64,000 nucleotides of DNA. Origin: Azolla caroliniana. Taxonomy: Eukaryota; Plantae; Polypodiophyta. The position numbers and the translations under genes were made by a program. The DNA lies in assembly GCA_043228905.1 (NCBI GenBank), contig JBHGNT010000004.1:14756001-14820000 (forward strand). The letters are read 5' to 3'. Positions 47,944-60,480 of this stretch are shown here, in pieces. Below the pieces are notes generated by a model, which saw only the letters and a list, made by a program, of their open reading frames with translations, was not told where the DNA came from and did not search any database. Positions within the stretch are counted from its first letter, which is position 1. Every line of letters begins with the position of its first letter.

Positions 47944-49342
47944 GTACCGATCCCCATGTTATGGTCGGTATCGGTCCTCCCTCTGGAACCGTTCGTCATC
48001 TGGTTCGTGACTGCTATGTGGTTCAATGTTCCGCACCGGTGCCGCTTGTCGATTGAGTAAGTTGTACTCGCATCGGTCCGTTGTGTGTGCCCGTGAGTGG
48101 CATATCATACATTGCGTCCTCATTGTGCAGTCTACCGTCGAATGGCCCGGGTTTAGACACGTTGTGCATTCCAACGCTTGGCGAAACCTGAGATCCTCCT
48201 TATTTGGAAGGGCCCTATGCAGGGCTCCCATCGTCATCAGGAAGCAATGTTTATCCATTTCTAGCACCCGATCGATGACTTGATCCATTATGCTAGCCTG
48301 GAAATCCAGTACCACGCACATCATTCGGAGGGGTTCCCGTAGAGCGGCCAAAAACACCGGTTTCGCCTCCTCCTCCGGAGGTGCCCTTGTCAACTGGTTG
48401 TGTAGTGTTTGAAATCGGATGATAAATTGGGGCATTGTATCCTGCTCCTCTTGGTGGGTTGTGTAAAACTGACCGACTAGTTCGCGCTATTCCACTTGCC
48501 TATGGAATAGTCAGAGGAATTTTGTTTTCAAGGCCTCAAATGTGGCAAAGCTCCCGAGTAGGTGCTTTGTGTGCCAGCAGGCTACCAGTCCCTCTAATTT
48601 CATGCCGAATTCGGCAATTTTTTACCGTTCGGCTTCCGGTTCGGTCAGCCTTTGGGACACATGATTCGCTTCCCATGTTTGTAGGAACGAATAGACGTGC
48701 GCCTCCGCGTCAGGGTCATCACGGTACTTCGGATACGGGTACGGCATGGTAGTCTTCGGAAGGTTGTATCGGAGATGTGTGGTCTAGTTCTTGCTCTACG
48801 GGTGGTGTTGGCGCGCGATTTTCCGCTTTCTCCGCGGCTGGTGTTGGTGTGCATTTGGTCTTGTTTGGAGATTGCCGCTCTCCGGGTACCAAGGGTAATT
48901 CCTCCGTTGGTTCTGGTGTCGATGAGTCGTCCGCTTCGTCGTCCTCCGGATCATCTAGAGTATCGTGGCTGCTTTTGTAATTCGACTGAACGCTCTGTTC
49001 ACTATCCGATTCCAACTCTAAGGCCGAGAATGCCTCTGAGTCTCCGTTGCCTTCGGCAAGTGTCCGCATTCGCGATTCTTCCTCTTGCAGACTCATCAGG
49101 CTACTGCCCTCGTCGGAAAGTTGTTGTTTTTGGAACTGAAGTGCTTCTTCCGCGACCCTCCGAAACACTCTAGGAAAAGACTGATCCTGTCGGATCTCCT
49201 CGGGTGCTTGTTGGAAGGCTTCCCGCCTTTGCTGTCTTTCGGCTAGTCTTCTTCCTCGTTCGGTGACTTGGTCGTTAGTCGGTCAAGACATCCATCCCCC
49301 GGTTTTCTCTGCTCACTGCAAGAATCGTGGTCGCCAAAATAG

Positions 49343-49716
49343 TGTTGATCCTTGGCCGGACTAGCCACAACACAAGGTGTCCTCTTCTGGAACACTTCTC
49401 CAAAGGGTGGTAAGGTTAGGATGCTTCCGTAATTAACACGCGTAAGATCTTAATATTAACCGCAGATGGCAAGTATACAAGACGCGAGCATTAATTAATT
49501 GATATATGTAAGCTTCTATTACTTCCGTAAACATCACATTGGTTCGAATCCTTTTATAGGAATCCGGTGTCATTACAAAACGGTGCCCTATCGGCAACTG
49601 GCTACGAATCGGTTCGGATCCGGATCGGTGCAACTATACCGGATCCATCCCTCCGAATACTAATTCTATTTATTTCTAAATATATATATCTCCGACTCGC
49701 CCTTAACTAGCCAACA
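49343..49716 (-). repeat. 5' LTR of element F
   Basis: Reverse-complement homolog of 13393-13793; flank AACAC. Confidence 0.9.
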
Positions 49717-50500
49717 AACACTATGTGTTGAATATGTTGTACAAGTTCGGCATGACTGATTGCCGATCAGTCTCCACACCCCTAGACCGGAAGTTAAAGC
49801 TTCGTCCCGACTCCGGAGCAGCCTGCGATGAGAAACGATTCCGACAAATTGTTGGAAGCCTTATTTATTTGACGATCACCCGACCTGACATTAGCTATCC
49901 GGTCAGAGCGATAAGTCAGTTCACGTAGAAGCTGACTTTGGAGCACCTTCAGTGTGTGCACCGAATATTGAGGTATGTTAGCGGCACTAAGGTTCGGGGA
50001 CTGTTATACCGACGTGGTATAATTGAGAAGCTAGTCGGCTATACAAATGACGACTAGGCTGGAGAGGCGTCGGATCGACGATCCACTTCCGAATTCATGT
50101 TCTCTCTAGGTAACACGATTGTTGCGTGGAGCAGCAAAAAGCAGCTGACTATGGCTCTTTCAAGCACTAAGGTTGAGTATCGGGTCACTACCGTTGCCAC
50201 CTGTGAAGCCATCTGGCTTCAACGGTTGTTGCAAGACCTCTGGAACAAAGTCCCGACACAGATCCCGATCTACTATGACAACATGAGAAGCATGTAGCTA
50301 GCCAAGAACCCTATGTCCCATGCTCAGACAAAGCACATAGACGTGCATTATCACTTTATGTGTGAGCGGGTCCTCATCGGTGAAGTAGAACTCTAGTATG
50401 TCCAGACAGATCGGTAGGTTGCCGACATCTTCACCAAACCTCTCGGCCTAGACAAGTTGCAACATTTTTCGGAGATGCTTGGACTTTAGCATCTCGACAT
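49717..50500 (+). mobile_element. 3' half of copia element G (RT end, RNase H), decayed
   Basis: HYVLNMLYKFGM, IVGSLIYLTITRPDI, AWSSKKQ, TKHIDVHYHF motifs. Confidence 0.88.
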
Positions 50501-53500
50501 GCCGCACTTGAGGGGGAGAACCAAAACGAAAAAAACTGGGACTGATAGGGAGAGAACCAAAACAGAAACTGGGAAAACAGGTGATGGCACCGGACAAAGA
50601 GCCGAAGAGGAAGGGAGAGACGAGAAGAAGAAAAAGGAAGCTGAGTCGACTGAAGAAGTTGACACATCCGATAAAGTTGGAATAAACGGTGACGGCGGCA
50701 GAGTCAAGAAGGACAAAGCCGACCGGAAGGCCAAGACCCAAACGTGGTCTGATATGGTAAAGGGCATGAAGATTGAGGAAGAATTGGAGACATTGTGTCC
50801 CAAGGAATGCAAAATTTATTATAAGTACTTGTAGTTTTTGGGGGGCATACTACTCTCCCCACTTCTGCTTAAATTCTTGCTAACAAGTGATTCCAATTTT
50901 GCGGAAAGTCAAGTACTTCCACCCAGACAGGACATTTGTGACGAATTAGCCCTTGATAGTCTTTTGTCAAAGACCACAATAATGCATGAACCATTTGATC
51001 TCTATATGTTAAAGGAGATTCTCCACGTAATTGAGTTTTGTACTTTGGTTCTGAGAGCAACACTTCGTAAAAGCCTCTAGCAACAAATAAACTCCACTAA
51101 CTACATACACTTAAAACATTGCATTTATCCATTGAGTTAAATCATTTGCAAAAGGCATCTTCCCAGGAAAAAAGAGAATAATACCATTTGACATGTAAAC
51201 TTTTAAATGATTCAACAAGTCATGTGATGGGATAGTAAATGTCTTGCTTGGGAGAGGGCCATCCCATGTATTTTTGGCCTCTACAAAGTTCTCTACTAGA
51301 CTATCTTGAAGCCATTTTGTAGATCTACAAGATTTTCTATTATTTCTTTCCTCTTCTTATTCCATACAAAAGATGATTGAGCCATCCTTGACAACAGGAA
51401 TGTGGTAGACATGCTACTTTGTTTGTTGAAATGTAGAGTGGTCTAACAAAAATAATGAGAGGAGCAAACTTGGTGTCGACAAGTCCTAAATTCCGCACTC
51501 CGCTCATATTTGAGTGAATCTGACATTTCTCATTATATCCAAAAGCACCAAAACTCCCAAAACGACTCAGATCTCATCTGCATCTGACTCCGGATAAGGG
51601 AGATATGAACTTTCAAGCTAAGCTCTATCTCTTGTCTTTTAGCAAGAAGCTCTCATCCACCAATTCCCATACTCACCAAATAGTGAAGATGATGTCCCAC
51701 CTTGTCCATAAAAATAAACATAAAAGCAATAATAAGGACAAGGAATGTAATCGCTAGGTTCGATCGAGAAAATAAGTAAAATCATTATTCGGAATGTTCA
51801 CCATGTTTTAAAGTAGAAGTAGCACTTTTTCTACTAAAAAGTGAGAAGGGGGCATAATATAAAAGTGGCTATACTCAACCATATGAAGAGAAGTTGTAGC
51901 TAGAAACTAGTCACATTGCAAAGTGAGGAGGAAAGCAATCTTGGTTTTCTGTATTCCTTTCAAAAATCAATGAATCCACATACCGAAACTTTCAAAATGT
52001 CATATTTCAAAGAAAACAAATAAAAGGACATCTTGAAAGGCCAAATAAGATCTACGACTCCTTTGCTTGAATGTCTTGTTGAAACGAAGAAACGTGTATT
52101 TTATGTATCTAGCCTAGAAAATATAAAAGTAACGAGCAAATATAGATATACAAGAAAAATATAAAGAAATGGATATGTGTGTGTGTGTGTGTGTGTGTGT
52201 GTTATGCTCGTGCATCCGTGTATTTGTTACCAAAGTCTTTTCTTCTTCTTCACGTTGGAACATCTTAGGTCCCCCTCCATCTCCCGAGGAACATGAGCTT
52301 TTTTTTTGTTTGCTTATGCATACTACTTACTACTTTCAAGGTTTAAAAATTGCCTGGGATGTAGCTATAATTATGGGTATTTTACACAAAACCCATTTGA
52401 ATCTAAAAATTCACCCAATGATCACCATTTATTTTTGTTTGAGCTAATTCATATCAAATCAATGGGTAAGCTATTAATGTTTGTTGAAACTTCTTAGAAT
52501 GACCAATATACAACCAAATTAATCGTCAATTCATTGACACAAGAACATAAAAAATTAGCGCTTCATTTCATTTTTCATTATACCTCGAAGGAAGGCTTGC
52601 ATGGTTTGCTTATAGACAAATTAAAAGCTCCCCTCGACAACAATTCTGGATTGCCTTAATATAGAGTTGAAATGGTGTGAAGTGGATCAAGTGATAAAAG
52701 TTGACATACATCTACTAAATGTTGAGAGGGAGGCGAACTAATTAACACCCAAAACTCCCTCTCATGATGCAAGCATGGCACATTATCATATGCACTAGAT
52801 ACACATCTTATGCATGGACTACATGTGGGCATTGAAAAAAAATGTATCTCTCCACATTAACTCAAGACAAAGAGCTGTAGATGAGAGAAAGTTATAGTAA
52901 CATGTTATACGAACCATGTGAGAGGGACATGGAGTCAGAGGAACATTTACACTTGCAAGTGTAGACTATACTATGATATGCGAGGTCTAAAAGGATAAGT
53001 TTTGAGAGAGGATTGGACGAGGCGAGGGCGAACATTGTTTGGCACAAATCAATCATATTGAAAAACCTGGCAACTCTCATATACACATCCATCAAAACAA
53101 AATATTTCTCTTGGCCTCTTCCACATACCACTAAAGACCATATAGAGAGTACATGAAAGGCAAATGAGCTCACCTAAAGGGCTCACTTTGAAGACAAGTG
53201 AAGAAGTCAAAGCAAGGAGCCACTAAAAAGTAGTCAGAGCAAACACCAAGAGAGTGGACTCCATAATAAGAGGCATAATTATGACGCATCAAAGTCTTTC
53301 GGTCTAGGTCTACATGACTCACTCAAACATACAATAGTAGAATTGAGACAAGAGAGATTGGTTGGTCGGTCTGACGGAGACTTCCGCATCTTTTTTTTTC
53401 GTATATTTAATTTTAGGGTCTACTAAAATGTTGCTCATTTCATTTCATTTGTGACTTCCGCATCGGCACCCTATGGGGTTAATGTGACTCTCTCTCTCTC

Positions 53501-53658
53501 TCTCTCTCTCTTTAGAAGACGTTAATATATCTTTCTTTCTCTCTCTCTCTCTCTCTATCCATCTAGATTCTAGAAGCAGCAATCAAGCTTAGTAGCAAGG
53601 TATTAGTAGTACATATGTATATTAGTACTACTAGTTATATAAGAGAGAGCTAGCCGCT

Positions 53659-53693
<35 letters not shown>

Positions 53694-53696
<3 letters not shown>

Positions 53697-53790
53697 GGGT
53701 AAATACCGCATTTTTGTTGTAAACCAATTGTCTCATGGGCCAATTTTGGCCTTAAAAAGACTTTAATATTTCTTTCTTTCTTTCTCTCTC
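53694..53790 (+). repeat. Direct repeat copy 1 (upstream of CLE gene)
   Basis: CATTTTTGTTGTAAACCAATTGTCTCATGGGCCAATTTTGG identical to the copy at ~56480-56520. Confidence 0.85.
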
Positions 53791-54409
53791 TCATAAGGAA
53801 AAGAAGAGAGAGAGAGAGAGAGCAGTGCGACTGATTTCAAGGAAAAGGAAAGCTTTTCCCCAAATCACATGCCTACTTTCAAGGACTTCTCCCTTTCTCT
53901 CTCTCTTTCACTGTTCTTCTGTTCGTCTCTGTCTCCCTCTCTCTTCTGTGTGGCGATTGCTTCTTTCTTCTCTAACAATTTCTTCCCTCCATCCCCCCCC
54001 CGGGGGTCCTTTCCTTCTGCTTAATCTTTTGTATCTTTCTCATATGATCGATGAACCAATCTCCTCTGTGCCCTCTAAGATGACCATTCATTCATTCTGG
54101 AATGTTTAGCCATATTCATTCCATTCATTCCCTTTTAGGTCTACCCAGTTTGAAGTAAAAGTTTAGATACGTTTAATTACGAAGGCCTTTCTTTGTAGAA
54201 CTCCAAATCATGCCTGCCGTAAGCGAATAGCTTTGGTAACCATTCTCATATTCATTCCATTCCCTCTTTTAGTTTTAGGTTTCAATTGAAGCCTAAGCCT
54301 TTTTTTATATTATTAATATCTTCATCAAAGTAGAAGTGAGTTCGCGTCGTGCTGCAAAACAAGTATCACATACACACACAGAGACAGAGACAGAGAGACA
54401 GAGCAAATT

Positions 54410-55243
54410 ATGCAAGCAACGTTGGTTAATCATGCATTCTGCTCAAGACGGAAACTGTGGGGATTCAATAATGGCATGGGCTCTCCCAGGTTCGGGCTGA
54501 CCCAGCTTTTCATTCTCAGTCTCTTGTGCAACATTATGATGGGGAAGAAGGACGTCGTGGTATTTGCCAGGAATGCCATGATGGCCGTTAATACTAATAC
54601 TAAATATAATGGTGGAGAGTTATTAGTAATCAGGCCACAACAGCAACAACATACTAGTAATCCTCCTCCTCCTCTTCATCTTCCTCTTCCTCTTCCTCTT
54701 CCTCTTCCTCTTCCTCTTCCTCTTCCTCTGCCTCTGCCTCTGCCTCTGCCTCTTCATGATCATCATCATCATCATAACGGGAACGGATGGCATATTCGTG
54801 AGCCATTTTCATTATCTTTGAAGGATTGGGTGGATTCAGATGAAGGAGCAATTCTATGCTATTGGGTGGCACCAAGACGCCTGATGATGGGCAATGGTGG
54901 CATGATGATGACATCAACATCACATCATCAGCATCAGCATCATCAGCATCATCATCATGATGGTTGGCATGAAGATCATGTAATGACAACTAGGCCAAGC
55001 CCAAGCTCATCACATTCATTTGTAGTAGCAGCTGCTATTAATTCATCAGATACTCTAAGTACCCCCCCACACTACAAATTATGTGTTCCTCCTAGTAGTC
55101 ATTGCAGCTCAGATGTTGCTGCTTCCAATACCACCACCAATACTAACACTAATACCGCCTCTAATACTAATACTAATATTGACCCTCGCTACGGAGTCGA
55201 TAAACGATTGGTTCCAACAGGTCCCAACCCTCTCCATAACTAA
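54410..55243 (+). CDS. CLE: CLAVATA3/ESR-related (CLE) peptide precursor, CLE9/10-type
   Basis: Single-exon ORF, hydrophobic N-terminal segment (FGLTQLFILSLLCNIMM; true start may be Met22), C-terminal IDPRYGVDK-RLVPTGPNPLHN-stop; CLE dodecamer at 55205-55240. Confidence 0.93.
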   Translation: MQATLVNHAFCSRRKLWGFNNGMGSPRFGLTQLFILSLLCNIMMGKKDVVVFARNAMMAVNTNTKYNGGELLVIRPQQQQHTSNPPPPLHLPLPLPLPLPLPLPLPLPLPLPLPLHDHHHHHNGNGWHIREPFSLSLKDWVDSDEGAILCYWVAPRRLMMGNGGMMMTSTSHHQHQHHQHHHHDGWHEDHVMTTRPSPSSSHSFVVAAAINSSDTLSTPPHYKLCVPPSSHCSSDVAASNTTTNTNTNTASNTNTNIDPRYGVDKRLVPTGPNPLHN

Positions 55244-56459
55244 TTATCATGTCTAACCCAACCCGATCCTTATACAGTCTCATTCCTTAAATGCATCGAT
55301 CATATGCCTATCATCCTCCATGGCAGATTATTATTTTTGGCATTGGCCACCATGACCACAAGGCTCTCTCTGTCTCTGTCTCTGTCTCTGTCTTTCTCAG
55401 AGGAGGTCGGAAATGATATGCCATGTTATTGATCAAATGCCACAACATCATGTGAAGATGACCATCTCTTGGTGCTGAAGCGTATACAATGGGGTTCGGA
55501 TCCATCAAAAAAAAAATATATATATATATCATCGCCCTCTAAGCCAGAACAAAAGAAAGAAGACGTATGTCAATGTCACGCCAAAGCCTGCTCCAGGAGA
55601 GTTTCAATTTCTAGAATTTCAATGGATCAACATCATCGTTGGGGGTTGGTTTCTCTGAATCATGTTTTTAACAGCTATTGCGAGAACTTTCCCTTTTCCC
55701 TTTGTTTGTTTAAGATCAGAAAAGAGCTAACTTCTTATGAATGATGAAGATGATGATCAGTATTAAAACAAAACAACTGTTTTTACCAAAAAGGAAAAAA
55801 TGATCTACTTTTCTTTTGATCCTCCTTTTTTTTATTGTTGCCATAGGTTCTTAGTCTTCTTCATTGGAAAACCAGTTGGTCATTTGTCTGTAGGTAGGTA
55901 TACTGCACATAATTTACTCGAATATGCACTCTGTTTTTTTCAATTCATATTGAGCTCAAATGCGGCCATATCCATCAAAGTGGTCCGTCCTCCTTTTCAC
56001 ATTTATGCACAATACTCAAGTCAAAAAATGTATCAGCCATTAGCATCTCAGCATCAGCATCAGCATCAGCATCATCATGATGACTTATCATGCTGTATCA
56101 GAAAGTTAAGTAAAGATGTTTTGCCACAATGCCATGCGTTCCTTGTAATGACAACAACACTCGCGCATCATTGAATGTATCTCTCCCAAACACGCTACAC
56201 TACGCTCCCTATATGCCTTAAATGGAAACGATACACGGGGAGGTAATGCTGGTCTTCCAACTAATTAATCTCGCGCTTTGTATCATGTATGTATCAGTAT
56301 GTATGTATGTGGAGAAATCGTAATAGTAATGATTAACAATTAATGCCTAAGTAGGGAGGAGTAGATATGCTCTGTCGATCATAAGCTCCTCTCAAAACAT
56401 ATTTATTTTTCTTGAACCTCTCAGATGGATACCAAGCCAGAGTTGGTATTTTTACTTTC

Positions 56460-56565
56460 AATGAATAGGTAAAATACCCCATTTTTGTTGTAAACCAATT
56501 GTCTCATGGGCCAATTTTGGTCTTAGAATATGTTAATATATCTTTCTTTCTTTCTCTCTCTCTCT
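56460..56565 (+). repeat. Direct repeat copy 2 (downstream of CLE gene)
   Basis: Matches 53694-53790 including the trailing CT microsatellite. Confidence 0.85.
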
Positions 56566-57743
56566 TTGTCTTTCTGTCACTCCAATCTTGACTTGGGAAA
56601 TAAATGCCTTTTAACAACTTCTTATGATCTTGATATTGATACAAGATTTGAACAATATCAAAATTTCAAAACTTGGAGTCATTCATTTGAGCATGTAGCT
56701 AGCTAGGCTTGTTCCATCCACCTTTCCTCTCACCTTTTACACATAGCTCGGCTTGGAGGCTTGAGCTGGACAACAAGCTAGGAGGGCGGACCCACACGAG
56801 GTTGTTGTAGTAGAACAAGCTTGAGCTTGTCATGTTACGTAGTACGTACAACAAATGTTAGTAAGGCTTAGGACCCCCCCCTCCCCCCCCAACCCCAAGA
56901 GTTGAGAACCATATGTATGTAGGGCTACAACAAGTTTTGGTCATTCAGTGCCGAACCTTTCTCTGTAGATTATGATTTACTCCTAAGGTTTGTAATGATG
57001 GGGCACATGTGTCTTTCTTTTTTCGGGTGCTTGGTGGTAACACTTGATTTATTTGTGTGTGTTTGTGTGTGTGTGTAATTTGGTAACATTTTAAGCAGCA
57101 CAATGCAATGCGCAATGATTCATGTCGGATGGATGAGTTGGAAAGAAGGGAGTGTAGTGTGTTTAACTGATTGAAGTATATTAATTAATAAAAAGGGATG
57201 CATGTTGTTGGATCGTGCCTCAACTCTTCACTCACACACACATCCCAATGCCTAGAGAAAGAATTTTGATTTCTTTTAAATTCATTGGTAAATATGTATA
57301 CATATATGTATATGTAGTAGATAGATTAGATGAGATGGGAAGGCGGATCAATCATCAGAGAGCCCCCCCCAAAATCAAAAAAGCATTTAATGGATGTTAT
57401 TATATTTATTTAATGCCTTTTCTTTCTGCAAGCCATTTTATGTAGAGAAAACAAAGTCTTTGTATTGATTGGTTTTGAGTTTTGGGAGTCGATGTTGTTG
57501 TTTCTAACTAATTATTGCCAATTTTGAGATGCATTGATTTCATTTCCGGAGCAGGATCGATGATGGCATTGGATTTTTGTGTGTTGTGTGAGAAAGCTTC
57601 AGTTTTGGTCTATTGAGTGCGAATCTTCTTAGCAAATAAACCCATTTTTCGAGGTCTCAAACTTTAACGTCTGTCCCTCCCTCTTTCTCATGCTCCATGT
57701 TAATCTATTCCTCAAACAAGCTGTATGATACATTCATTACATA

Positions 57744-57782
<39 letters not shown>

Positions 57783-57861
57783 GTGTTTCGGTCTCAAAGG
57801 CCACATCAGCCGCTTCAAAGACGTCGTTGTTTTCTTCTTTCCATACAAAAAGAGACAAAAC

Positions 57862-57901
<40 letters not shown>

Positions 57902-58171
57902 TTCCTTCTCTATGCTAATAATATTAATGAGTTTGTTACTCCAGGGAGTTGAATGTATCCATCCAAGCCTTTGCCAAAAATAACTCACACATCACTCACC
58001 AATTAAGATGGATTATCCCCCGCAAAGATTATTGTCATTACTATTGATTTACTCCCAAAAAACAAGTGGTTTGACTGAAACCAAAGTTGAACACCATTAA
58101 TGGAATGAATGCCTAATAAATATTCAAAGAAAAACAAGTAAAAGTTTTGGGGGAGAGAGAGTGTGTCTGCG

Positions 58172-58205
<34 letters not shown>

Positions 58206-59369
58206 TTTGAAGTCCGAACGAAGCTTTGAATTTTGAAATGGTCTTCACAAAAACTGTCTCACCGAGTCACCTCTAGTTGTGTACTCTTTCAAAATCATGA
58301 ATCCAGATCAATACTAATACATACTATTACTACATTCCCATTTTAACAAGAGTGATGTGCCCAAAGTGCCCATCTTCCCACACTCTTTAGTTTATTCACA
58401 TTCAGCATGATAACTTTCCAAAAGAATATCTGTCGTGGCAAAGAGCCTTTTCACTTGCCTCAGCCTGTCCTTGTGCATGTACATTGTGTTCAAGATGGCC
58501 CATTACCATTACGTGTTCAAACTCCAAACACCCATGCAACCTAGTAATAATATTCTTCAAATTAACCAAAACGCTTCAAGAACAGGCTCTGCTTCAAATT
58601 AACCAAAAAACTTAAGAACTTCACTTGCCTAGATTTTGTTCTTGAATGAGGACTCAACTTTCCCAATGTCAATGTTGCACGGTGCACCTCTTCCCTATCT
58701 AGTTCTAAAGTTATGCACAACACTCTCTTTATTACATGTGCATGACCCATGTTCCCCCCATTCTTCAAAATTCAAATTATATTACTACAATAGTATACAA
58801 GCATGATGCCCTCAAAGTGTAATGATAAATGTCATGTGAAGTGTGAGTCTACAAGTGCTTCAACCACCCAAGAAGGGATAAAGAACTCGCATAAGTGACT
58901 AACTCAATTTGCCAAAGTTAATACACTTGACAAACTACAAGCATGTAAGTTCTCTCCACTTTGGCCATTAAACAAGAAAGCATATTGGTGGCACCAATTT
59001 TATTTTTTTTCAAAAAACTTTTCATCTTCATTACTAGAAGTTTTGTATACATGACGAAATCATTAAGCTGAAAACATTACAATGGCTCTAGCCATAATTA
59101 CCTATAACAAATCCCAAAGAAGTAGAGTGAAAAATTAAAAAGAATTCCATTGTTCATCCTATATATAATGAACATGTAACAAAACCCCCTTTTTGAGGCT
59201 GCTTCATTCGGACATTCTTCAACACAACCCCTTTAATGCCGCTTAAAGTCAATGAATGTCAGACACTACTTTATCACGTACAACATGGTTGGGAAATTTC
59301 TGTACTTCAACACCTAGTACAACTACTACATTTGTAGACAACAAACCTCCTATGATACACATGCCGCTT

Positions 59370-60480
59370 GGAATTCCTTCATCTCCACAACCATAATAAC
59401 AAGAGGGGAATTGAATTGTGAAATCTTTACAAACTGGCAGAATATCCTTAATTGATAGAAATTTCTGGTCCGCAAGAATTCATGTATTGTCATAATCGAG
59501 AATATACTTGTATGAGACCTTCTTACCATCAACAGTCCGCTTTATCACAAAAGGAGAATAATCCTTCAGCCATAATAACAAGAGGAGATTTGAATTGTGA
59601 AATCTTTTGTAAAACTGGCAGTATATCCTTAATTGATGTCAATTTCTAGTCTGGCACAAGAATTCGTGCATTGTCATGAACGAGAATATATTTGTATGAG
59701 ACTTCTATACCATCACCAGTCCGCTTCATCACAACTTTCATGTTCTCACATCAACCATGTCGGCAGTTATCACCACAGTCATGTACCTATAACAACAAAA
59801 TGATATAGTATCCTCATCACCTCTAGAAAATATGATTTGACCCCCAGACCATCTTCACTCATCCTTATCACACACAAAAAAAATAAAAAATAAAAAAGCT
59901 TCATATAGTCTGAATCAACCATCTTGTTGATTACCACCAAGTTCTTGTACAAATAACAACAAAATGAATCTAGACTGTTTCCTCATCCCCTCATAATCTG
60001 CTTCGGCCCCCACACCATCATCACTCATCCTCTCGTCATGTCAGTATGCGTCAATCCCTACCGCCACACCATCATCACTTGTCCTAATAAGAAACATAAA
60101 TCTTCTTCATTTAGTCCACATCAACAACTCGATCTCGTCGACCATCTTGCCATCTCGCCGATTTCCACCAACATCCTGTATTGATAACAAAAATTGAGTC
60201 TAAAAAGTTTCCTGACCTACTCGTGATAATCTGCTTCGACCCCCACACCATCTTCACTCATCCTTATCCCACAAAAACATTTGCTTCATTCTGTCCACAT
60301 CAACCATCTCATTGATTACCACCAAGTTCCTTCTCATGACAATCAGCAATTATGCAATAGGACCCAATACATCAAAAAAATCAAAACATACTCTTCCTTC
60401 CTTATAAGAGTGGCACCAATTATGCAATAAGACCCAATACATCAGAAAAATCAAAACATACTCTTCCTTATAAGAGTGTT
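59370..60480. repeat. Cluster of old, imperfect tandem duplications
   Basis: CCATAATAACAAGAGG...TTGAATTGTGAAATC unit twice (~180 bp apart), CCCCACACCATC(T/A)TCACTCATCC unit 3-4 times, GCAATTATGCAATA...CATACTCTTCC twice. Confidence 0.7.

Larger units (their letters stand above)
42584..49716 (-). mobile_element. 5' half of Athila/Phygy-like gypsy element F (LTR, gag, PR, RT, RH, integrase N-half), decayed
   Basis: Zinc knuckles (CMICHSRAHTTDRC, CYYCRKDGHYSNQC), IIDSG, YQMNPNYA...FLDGFSGYNQI, VFLDDF, DASDIAIG; PBS TGGCGACCAC (tRNA-Arg-like) near 49327-49336. Confidence 0.9.

Noticed and set aside
54654-54989. Acidic poly-E antisense ORF
   Set aside because: Reverse reading of the CLE gene microsatellites
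55800-56174. ORF with HQ repeat downstream of CLE
   Set aside because: Microsatellite-driven, no CLE motif or recognisable domain
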